Below are positions 9,628 through 16,959 of a stretch of 64,000 nucleotides of DNA, in pieces (positions within the stretch are counted from its first letter, which is position 1; each line of letters opens with the position of its first letter). The translations under genes were made by a program, and so were the position numbers. The notes below the pieces were generated by a model. That model did not search any database. It was not told where the DNA came from and saw only the letters and a list, made by a program, of their open reading frames with translations. Source of the stretch: a virus; the IMG/VR virus record IMGVR_UViG_3300021420_000017, positions 64,001-128,000 of that record. The stretch is one strand, 5' to 3'.

Positions 9628-9761
9628 GCGCCAGGATCACCCTTCTTGCTGCCACCAAGTTCTATGAGCCCCCGGCGCACATACCGTGGTCGCCGGACTC
9701 CTCGGCCACTGGCGGGGAGGCATTGGCGGAGTTTGCCGGAAGAGCCTGTTCAACGAAATGA
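9624..9761 (+). pseudogene. thyX: stranded 5' fragment of thyX (45 aa)
   Basis: My translation: MSARITLLAATKFYEPPAHIPWSPDSSATGGEALAEFAGRACSTK*. Matches the actinobacterial ThyX N-terminus (PPxxPW...GGxALxEFAGRAC) and stops just before YQSW. Confidence 0.85.
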
Positions 9762-10330
9762 GTTTGGGAACAGTAGTCTCGCCCATCCCCAATAAAACCT
9801 TGGCCGAACGTCTCAAGCGACGTTTGATCCGACAGCCGAACGGGTGCCTGGAGTGGGCCGGATACATCTGCTCCCAGACGGGGTATGGAAAGATAGCGAA
9901 TACTCCAGGGGCACCTATTTCAGTTCATGTAGCCGTATGGATCGTGCAGGTTGGCCCTGTACCTGCGGGGCTCGTAGTCAGGCACAAGTGCGACAACAGA
10001 GCGTGTGGTGATATAGACCACCTCCTGGTCGGTACTCAGGCAGATAATGTTCGAGACATGGTTAGTAGAGGACGTACTAATAACTATGTAGAAAACAAGG
10101 TGTGCCCTGCTGGTCATAAATATGATGAGCAAGACAGCGAAGGTTTCAGAGGTTGTTCGGTATGTAGATTACGGAGAGCCAGGAAAGCTTCATTACAGCG
10201 GAGGATCGCTAGAGGTAAGGTGCCGCTTGGTTCTTACTGTCATGGCTGTTGGTTTCTCTCTACGAGGTGTCAGTGCAGGACTCTGTTGTTAGGCAATCAT
10301 CTATTAGGGATAGAGAGTCACACCACATGA
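9758..10330 (+). CDS. HNH homing endonuclease
   Basis: GCLEWAG...GYGKI...SVHVAVW...VVRHKCDNRACGDIDHLLVGTQADNVRDM, then CPAGH..CSVC. AT-richer than its neighbours; ATGA overlaps at both ends. Confidence 0.9.
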   Translation: MSLGTVVSPIPNKTLAERLKRRLIRQPNGCLEWAGYICSQTGYGKIANTPGAPISVHVAVWIVQVGPVPAGLVVRHKCDNRACGDIDHLLVGTQADNVRDMVSRGRTNNYVENKVCPAGHKYDEQDSEGFRGCSVCRLRRARKASLQRRIARGKVPLGSYCHGCWFLSTRCQCRTLLLGNHLLGIESHTT

Positions 10331-11079
10331 AAGTAACTTTGATAGCGAAGACAGAACTACTGCTAGATGCGGTAGCGGATTCAATGCAGGGTTTTCGGCC
10401 GGATCGTGGAGGGGGCGAAGGATTAGCTGAGGCCGCAGGAAGGTCCTGCTACCAGTCCTGGGATAGGCCCAACCCAGCCACCGCGACCAATGCGGGCTAC
10501 CTGGCTCACATCCTCGACGTGGCTCACCTCAGCGTGCTGGAGCACGGGAGCGCGAGCTACTACATCGAGGGCATCAGTCGGTCATTGAGCCACGAACTGG
10601 TACGACACAGACATTTTAGTTACAGCCAGCTTTCGCAGAGATATGTCGATAGTAACGACGTTCAGTTTGTAATGCCTCCCGAGGTAGTAGGGAACCAGGA
10701 GATAGAGAACATTTTTCAGGCCAGCTTCGCGGGTCAGATGGACGATTACAGCGATCTCATGGAATACCTGGCGGACATGCTCATAGACGAGCCGGGCAGC
10801 AAGACCGAGAAGCGCAAGCGGGCCCGTCAGACTGCCCGCGCGGTGCTGGGCAACTTCACCGAGACCAAGATCGTGGTCACCGGCAACTACCGGGCCTGGC
10901 GGCACTTCGTGCACATGCGGGCCACCGCTGGGGCGGATACCGAGATCCGCGCGCTGGCCATTCAGATCCTGCGCTCACTGCAGACCGTGGTTGCGCCGAA
11001 CGTGTTCAGCGACTTCGTGATCGAGCCTTACCTGGACACTGAGATCGCCACGTCGAGCAAGGGCGCCGAGTTCGAGTGA
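10327..11079 (+). CDS. thyX: flavin-dependent thymidylate synthase ThyX
   Basis: AGRSCYQSW, HLSVLEH, SRSLSHELVRHRHFSYSQLSQRY, TGNYRAWRHF, EIRALA. Confidence 0.95.
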   Translation: MKVTLIAKTELLLDAVADSMQGFRPDRGGGEGLAEAAGRSCYQSWDRPNPATATNAGYLAHILDVAHLSVLEHGSASYYIEGISRSLSHELVRHRHFSYSQLSQRYVDSNDVQFVMPPEVVGNQEIENIFQASFAGQMDDYSDLMEYLADMLIDEPGSKTEKRKRARQTARAVLGNFTETKIVVTGNYRAWRHFVHMRATAGADTEIRALAIQILRSLQTVVAPNVFSDFVIEPYLDTEIATSSKGAEFE

Positions 11080-12116
11080 AGACTGCCATGATTGGGCACG
11101 CCCATGAGGGCAAGCCGCTGATGGTGCTCACCAAAGACACCGACCTCACACTCGATGAGGCACTGGCTGGCCGGATCTTGCAGACCGAGGTCGGCTCGAC
11201 CCTGTACGGCGTGAGTGTCGAAGGCACCGACGATCGAGACGAGATGGGTATCTGCGTCGAGCCGCCTGATTACGTGGTCGGGCTGAAGCGCTTCGAGCAC
11301 TTGATCGTGCGCACCCAGCCAGACGGTGCGCGCTCGGGACCGGGCGATCTGGATCTGACCCTTTACAGCCTGCGCAAGTGGATGAAGCTCGCACTGGCGG
11401 GCAATCCGACCGTGCTCATGCCCCTGTTCGCGCCGGAGCCGAACTCGGTGATGGTCAACTCCGATGCGGGTCGAGCCCTGCGGGCCAATGCTCACCGCTT
11501 CGTCTCGGAGAGGGCCGCAGGATCCTTCCTGGGCTACATGACCAGTCAGCGAGCACAGCTCACTGGCGAGCGCCCGAGGAAGCATACCAATAGGCCTGAA
11601 CTGATCGAAAAGTATGGGTATGACACAAAGTTTGCATACCATACCATTCGTATAGGTCTTCAGGGTATTGAGTTCCTGAAGACCGGGCATATCACTCTCC
11701 CTATCCCCGAGTCGTCTCGCGAGAGACTATTGGATCTGCGCATGGGAGCTTTCGACCTGGAAGTCGCTCTGACCTGGATGCGAGCCGTCGAGGTGGGGCT
11801 GGTGAATGCCGCTGAGGGAGTGGCTGGCCAGCGAGCCGACCACGAGTGGGCCGACGAGTTCTTGACAACGCTTGGGGCTGGTGACATGACTGATCAGAAT
11901 GGAACCTACGATCCAGACGCGATTCTGTCCGATCCGAACTCGCTCCAGGTGCATCGGATGTATGCCGAGATCAATGTCGGCATACGGGATCGAGGCGAGC
12001 AGTGGAGTAAGTGCGCGAACTGCGGTGAGCCGTATCAGTGGACTGAGGACTGGAGCGAGTCGACAGTGTGCTCCCAGCGCTGCTTCGATGAGTTCTCCGC
12101 GTCTCTGTTTGAATGA
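11076..12116 (+). CDS. Pol-beta-superfamily nucleotidyltransferase with a C-terminal Zn-ribbon extension
   Basis: GSTLYG...DDRDEMG, YSLRKW...GNPT, RPELIEKYGYDTKFAYH. CANC...CSQRC after an internal Met at 11886. Confidence 0.8.
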   Translation: MKTAMIGHAHEGKPLMVLTKDTDLTLDEALAGRILQTEVGSTLYGVSVEGTDDRDEMGICVEPPDYVVGLKRFEHLIVRTQPDGARSGPGDLDLTLYSLRKWMKLALAGNPTVLMPLFAPEPNSVMVNSDAGRALRANAHRFVSERAAGSFLGYMTSQRAQLTGERPRKHTNRPELIEKYGYDTKFAYHTIRIGLQGIEFLKTGHITLPIPESSRERLLDLRMGAFDLEVALTWMRAVEVGLVNAAEGVAGQRADHEWADEFLTTLGAGDMTDQNGTYDPDAILSDPNSLQVHRMYAEINVGIRDRGEQWSKCANCGEPYQWTEDWSESTVCSQRCFDEFSASLFE

Positions 12117-12400
12117 GCGGCATGACGGACTCTGATCTTCCGGATTGGGTGGTCTTTCGCTTCAGCGACGATATGCCCGTGTCTCATCGGCCGCCGGACC
12201 TAGATGGGCTCTGGATCGATCGAAATGACGTGCCTTCGACGCAGTCCATCGAGGCCGCGCGTCGAGCCAGCGAGCAGGGGCGCCGCTATCTTGTAGGAGA
12301 GGCGGTTGCACATCCGACCGAGCGGCTGGAAGTCAGCGAGGACGGTCGGGTCGCGCAGGTCTGGGAGATCCGACCGCTCTGGAAGAGTGACGAGCAGTAG
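12113..12400 (+). CDS. hypothetical protein
   Basis: ATGA overlap, 95 aa. Confidence 0.55.
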   Translation: MSGMTDSDLPDWVVFRFSDDMPVSHRPPDLDGLWIDRNDVPSTQSIEAARRASEQGRRYLVGEAVAHPTERLEVSEDGRVAQVWEIRPLWKSDEQ

Positions 12401-12407
12401 GAGATTT

Positions 12408-12989
12408 GTGAGCGGGCTTCAGGATGGTTTCGGTGACGGGCTCACTGTCACCGAGCGGATCGAGCAGTTGGACCGGCTCAATCGCATCAGGGCGGCCGAG
12501 CACGCTCATCCCCAGGCCGAGTCTGATGATCTGACTCAAGAGGGCCGCATTGTGGTCTGGGAGGTCGCGAGCAAGCGTCCTGAGTCGACGCGGGAGTACC
12601 TGAGCGCCGCTGCCGCGATGCGGATCCGGGAGGTCGCCAACCGCCAGACCTGGACGGGTCACACCCGGGCTCATGGCCAGCCCACCGATCCGCTGCGCAA
12701 CCGGGCGAAGGAGAGCCTGGATGATCCGGACTACACCCTGATCGAGGCCCTGCAGGCGCCTGCGTGGCTGGCGGCGGCCGAGCTGGCCTACCACCACGGG
12801 GAGATCCTGGACGCAATCAACGCTCTGCCCCCGGCTCACCGAGATTATGTCTACCTGCGCTTCTGGGGCGGCTATTCCAACCCCGAGATCGCACCCCTGA
12901 TCCAACGCGACGCGGGCAACCTAGCCCGGATGTGGACTCACTCGATCGCGCCCGCGCTGGCCGCTCAGTTGGCCCATCTCGCCGGATAA
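12408..12989 (+). CDS. ECF-like RNA polymerase sigma factor
   Basis: Region-2-like ESDDLTQEGRIVVWE and region-4-like AINALPPAHRDYVYLRFWGGYSNPEIAPLI. RBS AGGAG before the GTG. Confidence 0.8.
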   Translation: MSGLQDGFGDGLTVTERIEQLDRLNRIRAAEHAHPQAESDDLTQEGRIVVWEVASKRPESTREYLSAAAAMRIREVANRQTWTGHTRAHGQPTDPLRNRAKESLDDPDYTLIEALQAPAWLAAAELAYHHGEILDAINALPPAHRDYVYLRFWGGYSNPEIAPLIQRDAGNLARMWTHSIAPALAAQLAHLAG

Positions 12990-13067
12990 AGAGAAACTTC
13001 AACTGGTTAATATTTCATATTGGCATTACCATTCTGACTTATCAGCCTCGATCGAGATGAGATTCCC

Positions 13068-13721
13068 ATGCCGAAGAAGGTTTCCGAAGAGGGTCCCCCG
13101 AGTGCGCCCGAGCCGGATAAGCCGAGGATACGGATGCGGAGATCGGGGCAGATGGTTCCCGTGGGGATCGAAACTTTGACGATGGATGAGGTGTGGAAAA
13201 CAGTAGCAGCGGCCCCATTGATTGATCCAAAGATCAGCGAAAGAGAACGAGTCCCAATCAATGATGTGAGGATCGGATTGTTCCTTATCAACAAGAATGC
13301 GGAAGAGCATTGTCTCGCGGAGGAAAGAGCTGAAGCAAGTCGTCGTAACATAGGCAAGAACAGTAATCGCGCTACAATAAGCGTAGTCGATGATCTTGCC
13401 ATAGATGAAGACATCGCTATTGCAGCGATTGCTCAGAGCGTTCTTGATCAGATGAGCAAGATCAGTTCTCGTGAACGTATCTATCGGGCGGCGCTGGACC
13501 AGGCCCGGGATGACATTGACTCTTTTCTAACTCAGATAAAGAACAAGTCCAGCAAGAGACTCGAATCTGTGCGCATCAAGGCTATGAAGTTGTTCAAGTC
13601 GAGAAAGAAGGACCCAGGACAGGTTGGGACCGACAGGGTCTCTCAATCGGTTAATGCTTCTCTGGATGACGTGGTCTTCCTCGATCTTCTGGATGACGCG
13701 GTCTTCCTCGATCTTGAATGA
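13068..13721 (+). CDS. hypothetical protein (AT-richer)
   Basis: 217-aa ORF ending in a 27-bp tandem duplication. Confidence 0.6.
   Translation: MPKKVSEEGPPSAPEPDKPRIRMRRSGQMVPVGIETLTMDEVWKTVAAAPLIDPKISERERVPINDVRIGLFLINKNAEEHCLAEERAEASRRNIGKNSNRATISVVDDLAIDEDIAIAAIAQSVLDQMSKISSRERIYRAALDQARDDIDSFLTQIKNKSSKRLESVRIKAMKLFKSRKKDPGQVGTDRVSQSVNASLDDVVFLDLLDDAVFLDLE
13661..13714 (+). repeat. 27-bp tandem repeat, 2 copies, 1 mismatch
   Basis: tctggatgacgtggtcttcctcgatct / tctggatgacgcggtcttcctcgatct. Confidence 0.9.
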
Positions 13722-13779
13722 TGACTTGATCGGCAAGCCCGGCTACCGTTTGAGGTAGCCGATCCCCTATGCTATCCGC

Positions 13780-14568
13780 GTGACCTCCCTGTCCTACCAA
13801 GAGCGGCTACTGATCGATAAGATCGCTGAGGGAATCTCCTCGCTCCTGAACTCCCCGCACGCCGAGCGTGAGTCTCTACGTGTACTTCACCGAAAAGTAG
13901 ATCGACTACTCCACCCCATCATCATTCGTATTCGGGTCGGCCTTGTCCGGGGTCAAGATGGCTCCCTGCCGACCACTCAGCCAGAAGGGCCCACAATGCA
14001 GCTCACCGACACCCAGCAGGTCGACTACACCATCGAGGTCGATGACACCAAGGGGTATGCGGTTCCCGGCGCCGCGCTCGCAGCCTCGGTGGACAACCCC
14101 GCCGTGGCGACTGTCACCCAGACTGGTTCGACCTTCACCGTCGTCGCTGGTCAGCCTGGCAGTGCGGTCGTCACTTTCACCGTCGGGGGACTGACCGCCA
14201 CCGAGGCGATCGACGTCGTCGCCGGTGGAGTGGCCACCATCAAGGTGACTGCTGGCACTCCGGTGGATCAGCCCGTTGCCGTTCCGGTCGTTCCCGCCGC
14301 GACCGCCGTGGTTGCCTCACCCGTCACTCCGCCCGAGCCGGTCGTGTCCTCGGATCTCACAGCGACCTCGCCGGTTCCGACGCCTTCCATTGCCACTCCG
14401 GTAGATCCCACTGTGACCTCGCCGACGGCAGTCCCGGCTACGGATGCCACTCCCCCGGCAGCTCCGGTCGTCGCTCCCGATCCGGTAGATGTTCCTGCTC
14501 CGGTTGTTCCGGCTTCTGTTATCGCGGCCGACCCCACCGTGGCTCCGCAGACAGACACCACGGCCTAA
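13780..14568 (+). CDS. Ig-like domain protein with a Pro/Ala/Thr/Val-rich tail
   Basis: SVDNPAVATVTQ...VVAGQPGSAVVTFT resembles a Big_2-type Ig domain. A second in-frame ATG at 13996 has its own RBS (GAAGGG). Confidence 0.65.
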   Translation: MTSLSYQERLLIDKIAEGISSLLNSPHAERESLRVLHRKVDRLLHPIIIRIRVGLVRGQDGSLPTTQPEGPTMQLTDTQQVDYTIEVDDTKGYAVPGAALAASVDNPAVATVTQTGSTFTVVAGQPGSAVVTFTVGGLTATEAIDVVAGGVATIKVTAGTPVDQPVAVPVVPAATAVVASPVTPPEPVVSSDLTATSPVPTPSIATPVDPTVTSPTAVPATDATPPAAPVVAPDPVDVPAPVVPASVIAADPTVAPQTDTTA

Positions 14569-14617
14569 CCCCTGGACCCCCGGCGGGTGCTGGCCCCCGC
14601 TTCGCCAGTCGGGTTAG

Positions 14618-14659
14618 CGAAGCCCCACTCGATTTCGGTCGGGTGGGGCTTCGTGTTTT
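14618..14659 (+). terminator. intrinsic terminator
   Basis: cgaagccccactcga-tttcgg-tcgggtggggcttcg followed by tgtttt. Confidence 0.7.
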
Positions 14660-14818
14660 AAGCGAATGGTGTAAGGTCATCCACGCCTGCTCGTCTCCTC
14701 GTAGCAGCCGCGCCTGTTGTGTTCGGACCCGCGCCTCGTGCAAGACGCCGTCGAAGGTAGAGACACCTCGGCGAATGTCTGGGTCCGAACACTGCAGAAG
14801 TCGCTCAGTTCATGAATG

Positions 14819-14868
14819 GCAGAAGCCGATCCGAGGACCAGTTACCGGGTCCTCGGATCGGCTTCTGC
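14819..14868. terminator. perfect 21-bp hairpin between convergent gene blocks
   Basis: gcagaagccgatccgaggacc-agttaccg-ggtcctcggatcggcttctgc. Confidence 0.7.
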
Positions 14869-14898
14869 GTAGGGCACCAGTTCGCAGCCTCGTATCCG

Positions 14899-15276
14899 TC
14901 ACCAATAGTGCCACATGGCGGCTCCTCGTGGGCGGTAGGGTGCGATATCTTCCTCCCCCGTGCGGAGAGCCATCCGAACTCGCTGGCGCTCGGCGCGGTG
15001 CATCCTGTTGGCTTCCCAACGGACCCCCTTGGGCCGCCAGTACCAGTTGCTGTCGTAATAGGCCCGATAGGGCTGCTCATCATCACAGCGGGGCTTGATG
15101 GCCCAGGTGAAGGTATGGCGGAACCGGGGTGAGTACGCGCGTTCCCGGGGCCACCAGGAGCGGTGGTGATTGTTCCGGGGCCGGTAGTCGCACTCGCCAT
15201 GGGTGTGGTCGTGGGACTCGTGACCGTAGCGGTTGAGTTTGACCCACTCGGGGTCGGTCTTGTCGGTGCGGGACAT
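14899..15276 (-). CDS. basic hypothetical protein
   Basis: MSRTDKTDPEWV...HDHTHGEC. RBS GGAAGG. Confidence 0.7.
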   Translation of the reverse strand: MSRTDKTDPEWVKLNRYGHESHDHTHGECDYRPRNNHHRSWWPRERAYSPRFRHTFTWAIKPRCDDEQPYRAYYDSNWYWRPKGVRWEANRMHRAERQRVRMALRTGEEDIAPYRPRGAAMWHYW

Positions 15277-15331
15277 CGATGCCTTCCCGCTGACACGGTG
15301 TCAGCTCTATAACGACATCGCGCACCTCCTA

Positions 15332-15583
15332 CTACCAGTCATCGTTGATCTCGCATTGATCCCAGGCCAGGTCGGCCACGTGCTTCTCGCCGTAGGTTTT
15401 GCGCACCAAGTCCTTGGCGAACTCGATCCACTCTTCTTGGTCATCGGTGTAGGGGTGAGTGAACTCGAACTTGCGCTGGGATCCCCGGTACTGCTCCTCG
15501 CCGTCCTGAAGGATCTCCACGGTGTGTCCGCAGCAGCCGGTCTCGCAGCCGTAGCTGTCGTGGTAGACGATCACCTTGGCCAC
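15332..15583 (-). CDS. hypothetical protein
   Basis: YGCETGCCGH motif; GC-rich codon usage. Confidence 0.7.
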   Translation of the reverse strand: MAKVIVYHDSYGCETGCCGHTVEILQDGEEQYRGSQRKFEFTHPYTDDQEEWIEFAKDLVRKTYGEKHVADLAWDQCEINDDW

Positions 15584-15655
15584 GTTCGGGCTCCGATCAT
15601 TTCAGGTGGGCAGCCGAGCACAATAACAGATCTTGGTTGGGAGTAGTGAAAGCTC

Positions 15656-15919
15656 TTATTCGGTGCTTGTGGGCTTAGAAACAGGAGTCTCCCCCAGCCG
15701 CTCCAAGAGCTTGATCAGTGAGTCGATCTGGTGCGGCCAGACCGCGAGGGTTCCGGTGCCCATGTTGGATCCACCGACGCGCCAGTAGTGACTCTCCCCG
15801 GCTTCGTCGTATGGGACTGCAGTCGCCCGGATGGTCTCGCTGAAGGCCGGGTCGTCTTCGTCTGGGATTGTGATCTCTACTACCGGGGTCAGATAGGTGA
15901 CGGTCTCAGTTGTAGTCAT
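15656..15919 (-). CDS. hypothetical protein
   Basis: RBS GAAGGAG before the ATG at 15919. Confidence 0.65.
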   Translation of the reverse strand: MTTTETVTYLTPVVEITIPDEDDPAFSETIRATAVPYDEAGESHYWRVGGSNMGTGTLAVWPHQIDSLIKLLERLGETPVSKPTSTE

Positions 15920-15976
15920 AGCGCTCCTTCGATCGGGCAACTGATCAGAATAGCAGAGCTGCGAGGCGAGAGAGTT

Positions 15977-16219
15977 CTAGCCTATGACTTGGTAGAGCCC
16001 ATGCTGAGCTGCAACGAGTTGGATCGCATCGTGAGACGCAGGGTCACGCAGCGCAAGAGACTCAAGGTCAGATTGAGCATTGCGGTAAGACTTGATGTTG
16101 AGGCCGAACCCAATGATGACTTTGTGCGGTCGCTGGGTGAGCATGATGCCAAACTCGTTGATCCGGACATGACGGCTGTGCCGGTCTGAACGTGGGCATT
16201 CGGGAAACGATTTGCACAT
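15977..16219 (-). CDS. hypothetical protein
   Basis: 80-aa ORF from MCKSF. Start uncertain. Confidence 0.4.
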   Translation of the reverse strand: MCKSFPECPRSDRHSRHVRINEFGIMLTQRPHKVIIGFGLNIKSYRNAQSDLESLALRDPASHDAIQLVAAQHGLYQVIG

Positions 16220-16407
16220 CAGCGCTCTTCCGCTCTGTTCTGCGTTGATGATTGGTTGCGCTCCAGGAGTCCGACAGAGTTCCCCGCCCCTGGGGAAGGT
16301 TCCATAGGGGCTCGGTCCTCGCAGCAAGGACATCGGAGTTGCGCAACTCCGGAGTCATGACCGAGCTGGAGCACCTCGGTCATCCGCAGAACCCTCTGTG
16401 TTTCTCG

Positions 16408-16479
16408 TCGGGGTGACTGGATTCGAACCAGTGACTTTCCGGTTCACGCCGGATGCTCTGTCCGCTGAGCTACGCCCCA
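16408..16479 (-). tRNA. degenerate tRNA-like gene (GUG in a 6-nt anticodon loop; His-like)
   Basis: TGGGGCG TA GCTC AGCGGACA GAGC A TCCGG CGTGAA CCGGA AAGTC ACTGG TTCGAAT CCAGT CACCCCG A. Good D- and T-arms, one C-A mismatch in the acceptor stem, no encoded CCA. Confidence 0.75.
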
Positions 16480-16497
16480 GTGTTGTGATGCAGGGCG

Positions 16498-16525
16498 ATA
16501 CTAGCAGCCATCGTGATCGTTTCAA
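16498..16525 (-). promoter_or_regulatory. host sigmaA-type promoter upstream of the tRNA-like gene
   Basis: TTGAAA-N16-TAGTAT on the minus strand, about 19 nt before the tRNA 5' end. Confidence 0.6.
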
Positions 16526-16579
16526 ACGGTTGCTAGGGTGCTCGTTGCACCCCGACCGCAACTGACCCCTGGAGATCGT

Positions 16580-16861
16580 ATGTCTGAGAGCACTGTCGTG
16601 TCGCAACCGGAACGCGCTGGACGCGAGGGCGATAGTCAAGGGTTGCCCACTCCGAACAACGAGATCGATACGCAGTCTATAGCGATACGGTTGATCTCGG
16701 ATCGACGTGATATTGGAATTAAGCGATATGGAACTGCGCTGCAGCCGAACAATAATCGTGACTCTCTGTGGGATGCGATAGAAGAGTCCTTGGATATGTT
16801 CGTCTATCTGCTTAACTACTGGCGCGAACAGAATCCGGGAGCCTCGATACCAGGACTCTGA
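16580..16861 (+). CDS. small helical phage protein
   Basis: GIKRYGTALQPNNNRDSLWDAIEESLDMFVYL, a motif frequent in actinophage hypotheticals. RBS GGAG. Confidence 0.65.
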   Translation: MSESTVVSQPERAGREGDSQGLPTPNNEIDTQSIAIRLISDRRDIGIKRYGTALQPNNNRDSLWDAIEESLDMFVYLLNYWREQNPGASIPGL

Positions 16862-16903
16862 AGCCGGTATCTCTGAGGCCATCAGCGAATCCGCCGCTGT
16901 TCA

Positions 16904-16938
16904 TGCCCGAGGGTGAATCCGCCCACCTGAAGTAGTGA
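16904..16938 (+). promoter_or_regulatory. putative late promoter, copy 1
   Basis: TGCCC-N19-TGAAGTAGTGA at the start of the virion gene block. Confidence 0.75.
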
Positions 16939-16959
16939 GGGCAAGTTTTCCTACGAAAG

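Noticed and set aside
9750-10450. Group I intron in thyX
   Set aside because: Joining GRAC to YQSW would need an intron ending in G, but the candidate 3' ends are C or T. No P7-like core was seen, and the downstream copy already has a complete N-terminus.
14690-14795. HDV-like ribozyme (CCUCG and GGCGAAU are present)
   Set aside because: I could not assemble P1, P1.1 and P3 in the required nested order; the helices form a simple branched stem.
15641-15650. GAGTAGTGA as another late promoter
   Set aside because: It lacks the TGA prefix and the TGYCY element, and it points against the local minus-strand genes.
16270-16407. Theta ribozyme or tmRNA after the tRNA
   Set aside because: No HDV-like fold begins at the tRNA 3' end, the space between the candidate P1 strands is too short, and no tmRNA ends or tag frame were found.
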